This document shows, piece by piece, positions 22,474 through 34,503 of a DNA stretch of 49,762 nucleotides. The DNA lies in the NCBI GenBank assembly GCA_027604505.1, contig JADIIX010000151.1, forward strand, positions 1 to 49,762. The letters run 5' to 3'. A program made the position numbers and the translations under genes. The DNA comes from Gonapodya sp. JEL0774. Lineage: Eukaryota. The notes beneath the pieces are model-generated. The model did no database searches. It was given only the letters and a program-made list of their open reading frames with translations, and was not told where the DNA came from. Each line of letters starts with the position of its first letter. Within the stretch, counting starts at the first letter, position 1.

Positions 22474-24587
22474 ATGACTCTCAAAAGATCTCGCTCGCCC
22501 TCTCCCCCGGCTGCTTTTCTCCAGAATTCGTACTCTGGTGACTCCTTCGACTTCCAGGCCGCCGACAGCCTTCCTGAACTGACGCCTGGTAGCGGCGATG
22601 GTCCTCAAATCACCTGGACAAAGGCAGAGGACTCGCATCTGGAAACGGTGAGTTACCGAGGGAAGATCAATCGGACTTGTTCTGCGAACGGAAGGGGACA
22701 CGAAGACTCTCTCCGCCCTTTCCCATCTTGCCTTTTCCTTTCCGCTTCTATCTTACGCATATCTCTTTGCAAACCCTCTTTTTGTCACGAATCGATCTTC
22801 TCCCTCACCGCGGGACCGTTTTTCTCTTGGTTGCAAAATCATATGGAATTAATGGTTCCAAAGGTGCTCCTAGACGCCAGTTCCACCTGCAACAAGCTCT
22901 CTCTGGCGCCGTTCAACATCTTTCAGCGTCCACTCCCTCTTGGTCTTGCCAAGATTCTCGCGAGAGAAGCCGCAGCCACCTGGATGGTTTCTGCAGTGGA
23001 CCTAAGCGCGATCCCAACGGCGACAGCTGCGAGTGTGGAGAGTCAGACAGGAAAGACCAACACCAAGTACGAAAGCAAGCGAAATCAGGCGAATCAAGGT
23101 GGTCCGGGTCCGCTCACTGTTGTGATCATAACATCGAACCTGGATCAGATTGCCCCTTTCGACGTCACACCGTCTGTCATCCACCCTCCCTGTTCCGAGG
23201 GCTCTATCACTACCAGTCTCTCTCCGTGCTTTCCCACTTCACCAACCCGCAACCACTCTTCCCGCGCTCGCACCTGGGTTCACACCCCGAATTCCACTCG
23301 CGACCGTCTCCTGGCGTTGGCTCGGCTGATCCGCGTCCGATTTGCGAGAGAAAAAGTGCAGCGTACGATCAAATTGATGAGGGTCGAATACGCAAATGAT
23401 GCCGTCTCGGAGGGCGGGATCAAAGGGCACGCGAAAAGGTGCCAGGGAAAGGGTCAAAGATCTGAAGCAGCAGACTCCATTACAGTGGAGAACAGCAAGA
23501 AAAACATAATCGAACTGAAAAGGGAGAAGAGGACCTGGCTGGAAGAGAGGGGGAGGAGGTGGGTTCACACATTTCGATTCATCTCCGACCTACGTTGTCA
23601 GTACGAAAGGGGAGGACGTGTTGGCGACGCACGCACCAACCATTCGGAAAAAAATAAAAATAACGTCGTGCTGCTGTTACATACATTTCATAGCTGTGAA
23701 AGTGCCCTCCATGCCATTAACATCTTATTCTGACGGTTAACTCTGCAACAAATCGCGTGCACTAACACAACTCCCTCCCCGCCTTCCCCAGATGTGCTCT
23801 TCTCCTCTCCCTTGCTTCGGTTGTACATCAAACACAGCAATCTCACCCCGCGCCCCAAACGGAGGCGACTCGAAACAAGCTCACACCAACTTCGCCCGAT
23901 CCCTTGTTATCCCCACCTACGATCGCCAGCGATGAAATGATCTGGAGAGATGAAGGGAACAAGGGCGGTGATCAGGCGGTGCCCAGTGATGATGAGGACG
24001 AGGATGGAAATGTCGACTATGGGGGTGAGCAAGGCTCGTGTTGTGGCTTGAACAGCAATAAGCAACTGACTCACTTCGTTACAAATTCGCAATTCTTTGG
24101 AAACGAATTGATGCCAGTCATTATGCGTGCGCATCCTGCTCACTGTACCCCATCCGCTCACTCCACCAACGTCAAGAAACCACGTCCAGCTCACCCTCCT
24201 CTCACCACGTCCAATGTCGCGCCTACTACTCGAGCACCAACACCAACACCGACGTCCCACATGATGATCGACTTGCCTTTGTCGCCGAGTCCCCATCTCT
24301 GGAGAAATGCTCAAATGACCTGTTATGATCTCAATTCCACCACTGATGAGGAGCTAGACGATCGAGAAGGTCAGGTGATTGGCACCGAAGCCCAGCGCGT
24401 TGGGACTGTGGGATGGAATGATGGGGTTTTGAGGGGTGCTGAGGAAAACCTAAGGCTCGGTTGGAATGACGTGAAACAAGGAATCGAACTGCAGACAGGA
24501 TGGGGCATCGGCAACGGAGTGGAGGAGCTGGGGGGCATGGGAGATGAGGACTATGACTTGGAGCAGGTGGTGGGTTTGGGTTGTTGA
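22474..24587 (+). CDS. Uncharacterised fungal protein with Myb/SANT-like motif (multi-exon; 3' part approximate)
   Basis: Spliced product WTKAEDSHLET|VLLDA..LAPFNIFQRPLPLGLAKILAREAAATW..WVHTPNSTRDRLLALAR. The downstream acidic ORF 23904-24587 is probably the last exon. Confidence 0.55.
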
Positions 24588-25927
24588 CGGAGGTGATCCA
24601 TTGTAAGCCACATTATTTGTTCTGGAATGGGATTTGCGAGTTGCCGTGAGCTTTGGACTCAGATCGGAACGGGAAGTTGGGCGATCGTAATGCTCTGTTC
24701 ACATACGTCCGTTCTCTACAACTAATTTCTCCACCACTAAGATTGAAATTCTTTAGACATAGATTCCACTTATTAGTAGCTTCACAAAATTGCAGTACCG
24801 TCAATCTGAAATACAATGTGTTTGCTGAATTTAACAGCAGATGCTGGGAAGGAGCTGCGACAGCAAAAAAAACATCGGATAATGATATGTTGAATAAAGC
24901 GCAAAGAAGTTTTGAATTTCAATTCTCACATCGCCGGCCTGAGCACAGCCGTGCTTGCGTTGTTCACCGTCGCTTCATTCCCACCATATCCAAACGGTGC
25001 TCGGTCGGTACGTCGGGTGCTAGGGCTTGCCGAAATCCTTAAACTTGACCTTATTTTGATTTGATTCATTCTCGTGAGTGATTGCGAAATTTCGTGTTGT
25101 CTGCTGCTTGTTCTTCATTGTGTGCTAAATATAGCCGCCGTGATCTGCCCAATTCTCTTCCACGTCTCCTCTTTCGCCGCTAAAACCTTCCACAGTCAAT
25201 ACAAAATCGATGCCAGTGCGCTCACAGACAACGGTCAGAACTTGAACCTTGTTCAAGGTTCGCACATTCTGCCAAAACCCCATCGGTTTTCCGATCAACC
25301 ACATTTCTCACTAGTTTTACTCAATCACATTGGTTGGGAGAGCATAGTGGCACGCAGGGCTGTTATCAATCACTTTTCACAGGCTGAGATGTGATCTTCA
25401 GACCCGGTTGAGACTTGCCCCGCCAAGTTGATCTGTGATCTGGAACTGACTTTGCAACTGAAGGTGAAGAGTAGTGAAGAAGTTCGTTGGTTGGACTGTC
25501 AGGAGCCAGCGAATAAATCATGAATTTGCCAATGTGCTCGCGATGGCATGGATGGTGGGGGATAGCTATGATAGCAAAGACCAACGATCACTGCGTCACT
25601 ATGTGGCGGCCGGCGATATAAGTAAGATGCCCACTTAAAGCAAAACAATGAAATAAGCTATGATTTCAGGTCGGGCAGACTGTGCTTCTAATCACGAGGA
25701 CTGATATTTGCCACGGAGCCGGATACAACAATTCACCAGAGATCAACTTACTCAAATGATATATTGTAACTGTCGATCACGCAAAGTAGCTTCAAAGAGC
25801 TTATCGCTTGAAGTTTGGAGCCCTCTGTTCAATGTCTTCCCCTTGGAGTCCACAGATGTGTGCGCAGTTTTGAGCAATCAACTTCGGTCCAGCTCCCCCC
25901 CCACAATCAAGGCAATCTGATGAGGTG

Positions 25928-28590
25928 ATGCCCGACTTTGTCTCCGCCAGTACCTCGAGCCAGCGCTCTGGTGGAGGCAAAGTTCGTAAAAATGCGGTTG
26001 GTTTCAAACCTATGAGGTGGATTCGATGGAAGCAGTGGGACGATTTGTCTGGAGACTCCATTGGGTTTTACAAAGAAACTGAGCTTCCAAATCTTCCTAC
26101 TCCCAACAACAGACACAGAGCTGTGACAACTGTCGGAGTCGGAGGGTCAGAGTGAGTTTCCCTATCCGATTGCTGTGTCGATCATCACTCACGACTTGTG
26201 TCTCTGGCACATATCAAGTGTCTTCAAGATCCAAATAATGCCCGCAGCAAACGCTGTCAGCGCTGTGAAGAGCACGGAGTTGATTGCACATATTTTCACC
26301 GACCCGACAAACGGGGACCGCAAGCGGGGAAGCTTATGGCAACGAATGCCAGGTTGCTGCAGTTGGAGGCAACCGTTAAAGCGCTCACACAGTTGACAGC
26401 TGCAGGTGAAGATGTTAGAAACCGCTGTTAGCTTCTTCGATACCAACGGGATGTTTGCCTTCAATGACACTCGAAGCCGGATTAGACCCATCTTCCGTTA
26501 CTGTTGGAACTAAAAGTAGTCCGTCCCCCAACCGGGAAGATATGGAAGGTGTTACTGATCACGGCTATGTGGACACCGCATCGATTGTGCCCAATTCCGA
26601 GCATGGTATACTCAGCGCTCCCTCAGTAACTTGGGCAACCGAGAATTATGTACGACGAGTACCCTTACGGGATACTGCCAGCCAGGACGCTTCTCAGCAA
26701 GATAACGCTTCAGATGTCGCAGATGGTACAGATAGCGAGTGGGCGACTGCTTCTCGGATCCCTTCGGAGGTGGACAGAGGGTTCTCCACGCTACTGATTG
26801 AAGATGCATTGAGGCATGCCCAAGGACTCCCATCAAAGAACCCGACAACTCTTGGTGAATTGATCGAACGCATTACCAAGGCCACTTCTCCACCGGCTGA
26901 CGGTGGGATTCAGGGTGGAATGGCGAGCATCGGACACCGAGAATCCTCTCCTATTGTCACGACCATTCCTCTTGTACCATCACCCCCACACCAATCCAAT
27001 CAACTCGGAAACTACGCGGGACCCTTCCCTATAGACCTCCTTCCCACAATGCTGCCCCTCTTCTTCCACTTTGTTGGTCATTACTTGCCCTGCATACACC
27101 CTGCCACCTTCTCTACTCGACCAATTTCCTACTTCGTCAACAACGCCTTTCTGATGTGTACAATATTTGCAATTACGTGGTCGTATCATGACTCCGCTCA
27201 TCCTGATAAGTCTTCCCTCTACCCACACTTCACTTCCGAGTATTACCTGGCACGAGCGAAAGAAATGATTTTGGACGTTTTGGACCGACCTTGTATCGAA
27301 CATGTGTGGGGCTTGCTCTTCTATGTTCTGGGAATTTCGACTCGGACCAATTCTCAAAATGGGGAGCCGTATCTTGGGGCGGCAATTGGCATGGCCCGGT
27401 CCTTGGGCTTGCACGAGGATAATTCTAACGAAAACCAAGAATATGGGTCTCCCGGGTGGGTGCAGGCTGAGGAGCGCCGTCGAACGTACATATCTGTCTG
27501 GAAATTTGACATGTTTTGGGCCGCGGGATTGCAAGTACCATGGCTGATGGAGAAGTATCCCGCCGAGAAGCTTCGACTAGCGGTGAGCGATCGCATTTGG
27601 ATGCCGTCGGTTTTCATCGACAAGCCTCCTCGATATCGAGCTGTGGTTGGCAAGATTGGAGCTTTGGAGAGCAGCGGGATGCCCGAGGCATATGGATTGG
27701 TTTGGTACGACGCGGTTGTGGGGTCGAGATCAGGACCTAGGGATGTCGCGTGGAAAGAACTCTATCGATTGCGGGAAAGTGAGTGCGCAACCCCCTGCAT
27801 GACACAGTTTGCGATCGTGCTGAACGATTTCACGATGCTGCATTCTCAAAGCCCATTCGGATCTCTTTCCCGGGATGCCGCCACTCCCGAGTGGCCCCAC
27901 CGTGTTCTTGGACAATGGACTCATTGCCACTATCCGAGGTCCCTTAAAGCAAATGGAGACGAACGAGCAGTACCCGCTCGCCAACATCACGCCGACTCGC
28001 CAGTATCTGTACGATTACGCGGGCCTTTCTATTTCTGGGCGCTTGGTGTGGCATGTGATGGTCGGAGCGAGTTTGCAAAAGGCGCAAAACGATGAAGAGA
28101 GACTCAAGAATGCTTTGGAGGGAATCGAGCTGGTGCAAGTATAGAACTTCGCTCACGTCCGTGATTTGTCATCTAACGAAAATGTCTTCGTATAACAGAC
28201 TCATCTGTGTTGAAGCTTGCAAAGCGATCAATTTCGGATGGGTAGACCTAGGTGACGTCTCCCAGCCAAGTCATGGCTATCTCTACTGGGCCATTCATCC
28301 GTTGTGCTTTATCAACAGGTTTCCCGATGGCTGGATACTTGACGTCTTTCCTGGCGAACCAAGTTCTTGACATTTACGCCGGACGGCGAGCAGTGGCGGA
28401 GGTGAAAACGATAATGGAGGTTGTTGTGGCGGCGCTTGATGGGTGAGTCTCCGGACCAATTTTGGATGCTCGCGGAACCACTCATCGACTTGTTCACTCC
28501 GCAGGTTTGGAAAGCGCTGGCCTTATTCGAAAGGGCTTGCATCGGCTCTTGCTGTTCGACTCGCTGCGTACTCTCTGTAAAGTTACATAG
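25928..28590 (+). CDS. Zn(II)2Cys6 fungal transcription factor with Fungal_trans middle domain (multi-exon)
   Basis: Spliced cluster SCDNCRSRRVR|CLQDPNNARSKRCQRCEEHGVDCTY..PDKRGP; also FFHFVGHYLPCIHPATF, AIGMARSLGLH and EERRRT..VWKFD. The start is approximate. Confidence 0.9.
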
Positions 28591-28704
28591 TTTCATCAAT
28601 ATATTATTCAGTTTTGTGATTTGTATTGGGCCTTGTGGTGTGTCGTGTGGAGTATGTAATTGGAGCGGTTGGTGAGGGTGGGTAGCACTTCCGCATCACA
28701 TCCC

Positions 28705-30149
28705 ATGTCGGATCTCCAAGCCGCAGCGGCGCTTTTCGAGCAATTGAAAAAGGAATTCCATGCACCTAAGCCAGACCTCAAGAAGTGCGGGCAGATTCTG
28801 GGGAAGCTGAAGGTGCGAAAGCGTCCACTTGAACTTTTGGAAACCGAGCGGGGCCCGACATTGCCAGGACAATGAAATGAATTGGGGACGATGAAGCTGT
28901 CAGGATTGTAGGATGCTTGTTGGGAATACGTGTGGTACCCGTGTCGTGTGTTGCGTAAGCTCAGAAACGTTTGGCACTATCGGGTTTCAACGATTCGAGA
29001 CGCTACAAACTCCCCATGTTATGTTGACATGTGCTTACTGAAAATGCTCGGAAAATCCGAATGGGACCGACGACTTGCGTTCACGCTCACCATTTGCCGC
29101 ACCGACTGGGGTCCCAGGTCCTCCTCACCCACCTGTCCTTCCTCGTCCCTGGCGACAAACAACCGGACCAGAAGGAGCTGTTGCTTGCTCGTAAGCTGTA
29201 AATTGGAGAGGGTTTACATGAGCATTCGGGTGGGACTGACAAGTTGTGACTGACGACACGAAAGGCGAAATCCTCGAAGTGGGCGCCCAGTACAGCATTC
29301 GGGTGCAGGACATACCGCAGTTTGAGCGCTACATCTCCCAACTAAAGACATACTACAGCGATTACAGGTGAGATTGACGATTGTTGTACTTCTCTCCTGC
29401 TCGTCATCTCTCTGACTAGAACCCAACCTGTTTCGCTCCCCTGTCAGCGACCGTCTCCCCACATCCCAACGCCTCTACCCCCTCCTCGGCCTGAACCTTC
29501 TCCGCCTCCTCGCTCAAAACCGTCTCGCCGAGTTCCACACCGAGCTCGAGACGCTCGACATCGACGCGCTGTCACAAAACGTCTACATTCGTCATCCCGT
29601 GCAGGTGGAGCAGAGTCTCATGGAAGGGTCGTACAACAAGGTGTGGAACTCGAGGGAAAGTGTGCCAGCAGAGGAATATAAGGTGTTCATGGACATCTTG
29701 ATGGGAACCATTCGGTATGTGAAGTTACTTTGGTTGGTGGTGTTTTTTTTCGCAAAATAACGTCTCGATGTGTTCATCACACCCTCGATCGGTCCGATTC
29801 TGGCGCAGAAATGAGATTGCGAGCTGCAGTGAGAAAGCTTACACCTCTCTGCCCCTCGCGGATGCTGCTACGTTGCTGCACTTCAAGCGACCCGAGGAGG
29901 TTCTGAGCTTCGCAAAGGAAGTGAGTTGTCTTTGTCGTCTCAACGGGCTCCACGCCTTCGTTTTCAAAACATTATCTGATGGGAATGGCCCTTTGGCCGC
30001 GTTTGTCTTGTCAGCGAGAGTGGGAAGTCGACCCAGTGTCACGGACCCTTCACTTTGGAAAGCGAGACATCTCGACCAACGACATCCCGCGGGACCGGGT
30101 TCTCACGATGATGATTGGATATGCAAAAGAGCTCGAGAGAATTGTATAG
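28705..30149 (+). CDS. RPN12: 26S proteasome lid subunit Rpn12/PSMD8 (multi-exon)
   Basis: Motifs [78 protein letters not shown] and YAKELERIV*. Confidence 0.96.
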
Positions 30150-30227
30150 AGAAATAAAGTTTACAGCACTGAGAATTGTCACATGCCGTCCCGCCGTCAG
30201 TGTTTGTATTATGGGGTGGGACCCAAG

Positions 30228-30728
30228 CTACGCATGGACATAGTTCTGCGAACCCGCTCGGGACAGAGCCATGAATTTACTGGTTGCTAAGCCTCCATCG
30301 ACCCTCAAGTCTCTCTTCCCACTGCCGCCCTGTACCCCCTGAGCGGTCTGTGCGACGGGTCTTTGCGGGTTATTTCTCATCAGGTACTGAGCGAGGCAAT
30401 TCAAGCTCCACTCGACCGTTGCCCCGTCAGACTCTGATTCTTTCTTCTTGACGTTTCTTTTTTTTTAATGGTTTAGTGTTTTTCATTATGTACGCGAGGT
30501 GCCGCTGCTCAACGCCCGTCAGTCGACTCACTTCAACAGCCGTTCAATCCCGGGCATCAAAGTCGGAAACACAAACGTCGAAAGATACTCGTGGGGGTCC
30601 ATGTCCAGGATATGCTGCGGAGCACGCGGTGGTTCTGGTTGGGGAGGAGGATCTTGTGCCGCCTGTCCCGAGCTCGACGGTACAGGAAGAGGCGGAAGAG
30701 AGGGAGCAGCTGCGTCTTGTGGGAGCAT
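30228..30728 (-). CDS. Small protein with Dpy-30/RIIa-like docking domain of EFCAB5/IQCK type
   Basis: Spliced product DPHEYLSTFVFPTLMPGIERLLK|NVKKK..SLNCLAQYLMRNNP, with one intron (30531-30457). The start is uncertain. Confidence 0.75.
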
Positions 30729-30879
30729 CAGTGGGATGACTTTGCTTCTTTAACGAGACCAGTGCGGGAAAATAATTCAAATAGTCGGGTCTATTGGCAC
30801 CAACGCCCGGTTGGGTGCCTCCGCAGGGGCGATCGTGTTCTGGAAACGAAGTTGGATTCACACCGAATCGCTTTTACAA

Positions 30880-32140
30880 ATGTCCACTTCGGCCATTCCC
30901 GCCATCGATGTTCGACACATCGAGCCAGAGGTGAATTTATCGCCAACCGAATGGCGGCTTTTGCGTTGTTACGCTGCTCCCATCACGCAACAGTGCAAGT
31001 GAAGTGACCCATCCACGTTTCCCACCGCTCTTCTTCCCGTCTTCTTTTTCGCCCAAAGATTCTCACAAGGAAGGGATTTTCTCCGTACGGAGAAGCCATG
31101 TTCCGCGGTCAGTTAGATGGTCCCTTTTGTTCTTGGACCAGACTCGGACAGACCCAAACTCACCTTGCCCCACATTTCATCGCCCATCCAGAATCCGACC
31201 ATAGCTCCCTCGAGCCTCAACACGACGAGGTACCTCCTCCTGCGAGACTCAATCTCACCGCGGGCCGACCGCGGTTGTATTTGGTGAGCCAGGAGTACCA
31301 CGCGAAAAGTGGCCCTCTGGCCAAGTCGGTTGCTCATCCCCCCCCCCCCACACACACACACCGCCAAACCCGGTTCAACTGCGTTTTGATTTCGATGCTC
31401 TTTAAGATGCATCTCCCTCGAAGGGGCCTCCGCATCGAATCCATCGCCCGCCACAAGAAAGTAACCCAGTGTCTTGGATCCGTCACAGTGTGTACATCTT
31501 GTGTTTCTTTGCTCGCTCCCCCGGCCCCCCCTCCCCTATCTTCCACCCCGCCATGTTCCGTGTCCCGCCTCTAGGGCCGCGGATGGTACATGGGCGTCGC
31601 CCTCCCGAGCGCCACCGACCCTGCGGGCCGACCTGACCTGTCCACATTCAAGGTGTTTTACATACCCAAGGAATCTGGGATCAAGTTAGACGAAGGTAAG
31701 CGAAGAGGGCGGAAGCGCGGGGCAAGGAGGGACATGGAGGATGTTGGGATGTTGGTGCACTTTTCTACCTAGCACGTGTACCACGTTGTTGGGTCGCACA
31801 AGGGCTCGCACAAGAAAATGTGCATTGCCACCTTCACAACGGCTTTACTTGGGCGACTCCTGATGAGTCGTGGAGCTCTCTGTGAGGGAGATTTTGCATC
31901 CACCCCGCCTCATTGTCCTACCCAACCTCCCTTTCTCATCGATTCTGTTTCCCGGCCCCANNNNNNNNNNTTCGTTTCTCAGGCATATGGCATGCCGGCC
32001 CCCACTTCGACGACCCCTCGATGACCTTCTACAACCTGGAACTTGAAGACACCAATCAGGACGATTTCCAGAGCCACAGTTTCGCGGAGGTGGACGGGTG
32101 CGTTTTCGAGGCAGGCAAGGTCGAGGTCGAGGGGGAGTAG
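30880..32140 (+). CDS. Ureidoglycolate lyase/hydrolase, plant/cyanobacterial-type cupin (multi-exon)
   Basis: Spliced product ILTRKGFSPYGE..LNLTAGRPRLY..M.L..RGL....IARHKKVTQCLGSV..GIKLDEGIWHAGPHF....FYNLELEDTNQDDFQSH. Confidence 0.85.
31961..31970. other. Assembly gap (10 N) inside an intron
   Basis: Run of N in the sequence. Confidence 1.
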
Positions 32141-32542
32141 AAGGAGAAGGAGAAGGGCGAGAAGGGCTGGGGGTGGGGGTGGGGTGACAAGGGAGGCGTG
32201 GAACGTGGAGGGGGCGGGCCCCACGGGCGAGGCGAGGGAAAAGGGCGAGGTGCTGGTGGTGGTGGTGGTGGTGGTGGGAAGGGATGGAGTTTGGGTCGTG
32301 ATCGGTGTGGTTTGGTTGGTTGTTTTGTGACCTTTACTACGTAGCCGGTTTTGGCAAATACGTTTTTCGAGTTTTTATTTTTATTTTTTGTTACATTTAT
32401 TGTCACAACAAGCAAAATTTTGTCCAAAACGTTACGAGGTACTATTATTCTACACGTTCGAAAACATCACGATAAAAGAGTACAAGGACAAGACACCCGC
32501 ACCACACACACACACACCGGCCACCCGCACAACCACTCCACT

Positions 32543-34503
32543 TTATTTGGCCCCCACAATCCCCACCGCCACCTCCACCTCCGTGGCGAGTCTGGTCGGC
32601 ACGGCAAAAGGGACCACAATGTCTGGCCCCGTGGTGCGCGGCGGGGAGGACCAGAGGTCGTCTACCCGGTGGGGGGTCTTGACGAAGCGGGAGATGCGCC
32701 AGAGGGTCTGGGGGGGGGAAAGGGGTGGTGTGGTCAACAGAAATAAGTCCTTGTGGCCCCATGAACAAGACACACAGCTGACGGCTCCAAAAAAACCACC
32801 GTCCCCGGTTCACCCCACCAGCCCACCCACCTTGGGATCCACCTCGACTTTGACTGCGGGTTTCTTGTTCCCCACCCCAACCATCCCGCCGCCGCCCGGC
32901 GTTCCCGCTCCGGCTCCGGCTTCCGCCTTGTTCCTCCCCCTCCTCCCACTCTTGCCCTCTTTCCTCCCCTCCCCGTCCACATGCCCCTTGCCCTTCTTCC
33001 CTTTCCCCTGCGCATGGGCCTTTGCACCGGCGGCGGTGGCCGCGGCCATCATGACCTCGGTCTGGTCGATCATGAGCCTCGCGACGGGGGTGGAGGGTCT
33101 CACGGGTTTCCCATACGTGTGGTTTGGGTCCGTGTCCGAGGGGAGCGGCGTGCGGGGCTTTTTTTGCACGCCGGGTTGGGCGGCCAGCGGGGAGTTGGAG
33201 TGGAAGGTGGACGTGGAGGTGGTGGAGGAGCCGGTGGTGGGGGAGGTGGACGAGGCAGAGGGGGATAAGGAAGAGCGGGTCTTGAGGCGGACCGGGTGGT
33301 CGCGTTGGAAGGCGCGGACGGATTTGGCCGTGATGAGGCCGGCTTTGGCTGAGGCGCGGTTCATGGAGACGCTGTCAGGGGGAAGAGGGGGGAAGGGGTG
33401 GGTTTGGGAGGGAGAATGGGGAAAGGAAGAGACGGGAGAGACGGAGACAGAGACGTAAAAAGGTGGTGAGCGAGATGGAGGTGGGAGAGGCGGGACACGG
33501 CGCAAGCGCGAAGAGTGTGTGAGGGTGTATGGGATGATAACGGATACGGGATACGTACTAGTCGAGTCCGTGGACTGGATAGATGTGTTTAGGGTGTAGG
33601 GTGGGGTCGTGGGGGGAGGGATGGGGTACGATGAGCACCAGGCAATGGGAGCAGGGACAGGGCCGTGAGACATGAGATGCAGAAAGAAGGGATTCCGACC
33701 GTGGATCGGGGCCGACCGTGGATCGGGGGCGACCGACCGGCGGGGGACAGGGAACACGTACCGTGAGCTTTTGACTGGATGAGGCAGTGGCAGTGGCCGT
33801 GGACGTGGAGGGAATGGGGGATGTGGATCGGATTGGGGGTGTGGATGGGAGGGGAAGGGTTAGGGGATGAGGGATGAGGGAAGGGGGAGGAGACATCAAG
33901 GGTGAGTGGGAGGGGCCACAGACCTGTTTGTTGACTTCCCAGTGTCTGAGGACGGTTGCAGCGTTTTCGTCCTGTGATTGGGGATGGTGGGGGGAGTGTG
34001 GGTAAAGAGGGGTAGGTGGGTGAGAGGGGCGAGGGGTGAGAGGGGTGAGAGGGGTAAAGAGGGGTACGGGATAAAGAGGGGTACGGGATAAAGAGGGGTA
34101 AGGGGTGAGAGGGGTAAAGGGGGCAGTGTGGCACAGTGGACGTACAGGTGGTTTGAGCACTCTGATTCCGTACACGTGGGATGGGTTGAGTTGGGACGGG
34201 AGTTTGTACGTTGAGGTTCTTGCTGCGCCCACCTGCGGTTGGTTCGGGGAGTGAGTGGGGGATGTGGCGTGTGTGTGGGAGTAATGGGGGGTAATGCGGG
34301 GCATATGCACGGGATGGGTGTGTGGGGAGAGAGGGAGGGACAGACAGAGGGCGAGACCTGGTTGCATCAGAGTGCCGATGCAGATGCCGACCACAGCTCC
34401 GCCCCTCACCCAACCAACTCACAGGCGCCTTCTGCAGCAGAACATTGACTGAGGGTGTCCGTGACCCAGATCGCACAGGGCTGACTCCTCTGTCGCTTGT
34501 CAT
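32543..34503 (-). CDS. CFAP77: Cilia- and flagella-associated protein 77 (multi-exon)
   Basis: Motifs N.LLQKAPVG..R..TY.LP..H.YG, A..VL.HW, DYVSMNRASAKAGLITAK, HTYGKPVRPSTPV..L and LWRISRF. Confidence 0.85.
34001..34123 (+). repeat. Degenerate ~9-nt (GAGAGGGGT/AAGAGGGGT) tandem repeat in a CFAP77 intron
   Basis: About a dozen GGG/GGGG runs, including a duplicated GGTACGGGATAAAGAGG unit. Confidence 0.8.

Noticed and set aside
27779..28095. Apparent frameshift or overlapping ORFs in the Zn-cluster TF
   Set aside because: Explained by a GTGAGT..AAG intron at 27779-27851.
28813..29118. Long RPN12 first intron as snoRNA host
   Set aside because: Only weak C/D-like words and no terminal stem or evident guide sequence.
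32388..33458. 356-aa plus-strand ORF and similar long ORFs (35177-36073, 41734-42573, 47531-48328, 48682-49566)
   Set aside because: Antisense shadows of real genes or stop-poor GC-rich low-complexity DNA, with no domain content.
33696..34123. CRISPR-like or telomeric array
   Set aside because: No unique spacers, the units are degenerate and intronic, and the context is eukaryotic and internal to the chromosome.
926..34503. Physical cluster of ciliary genes
   Set aside because: Three of about 20 genes, interspersed with housekeeping genes, is compatible with chance in a flagellated organism.
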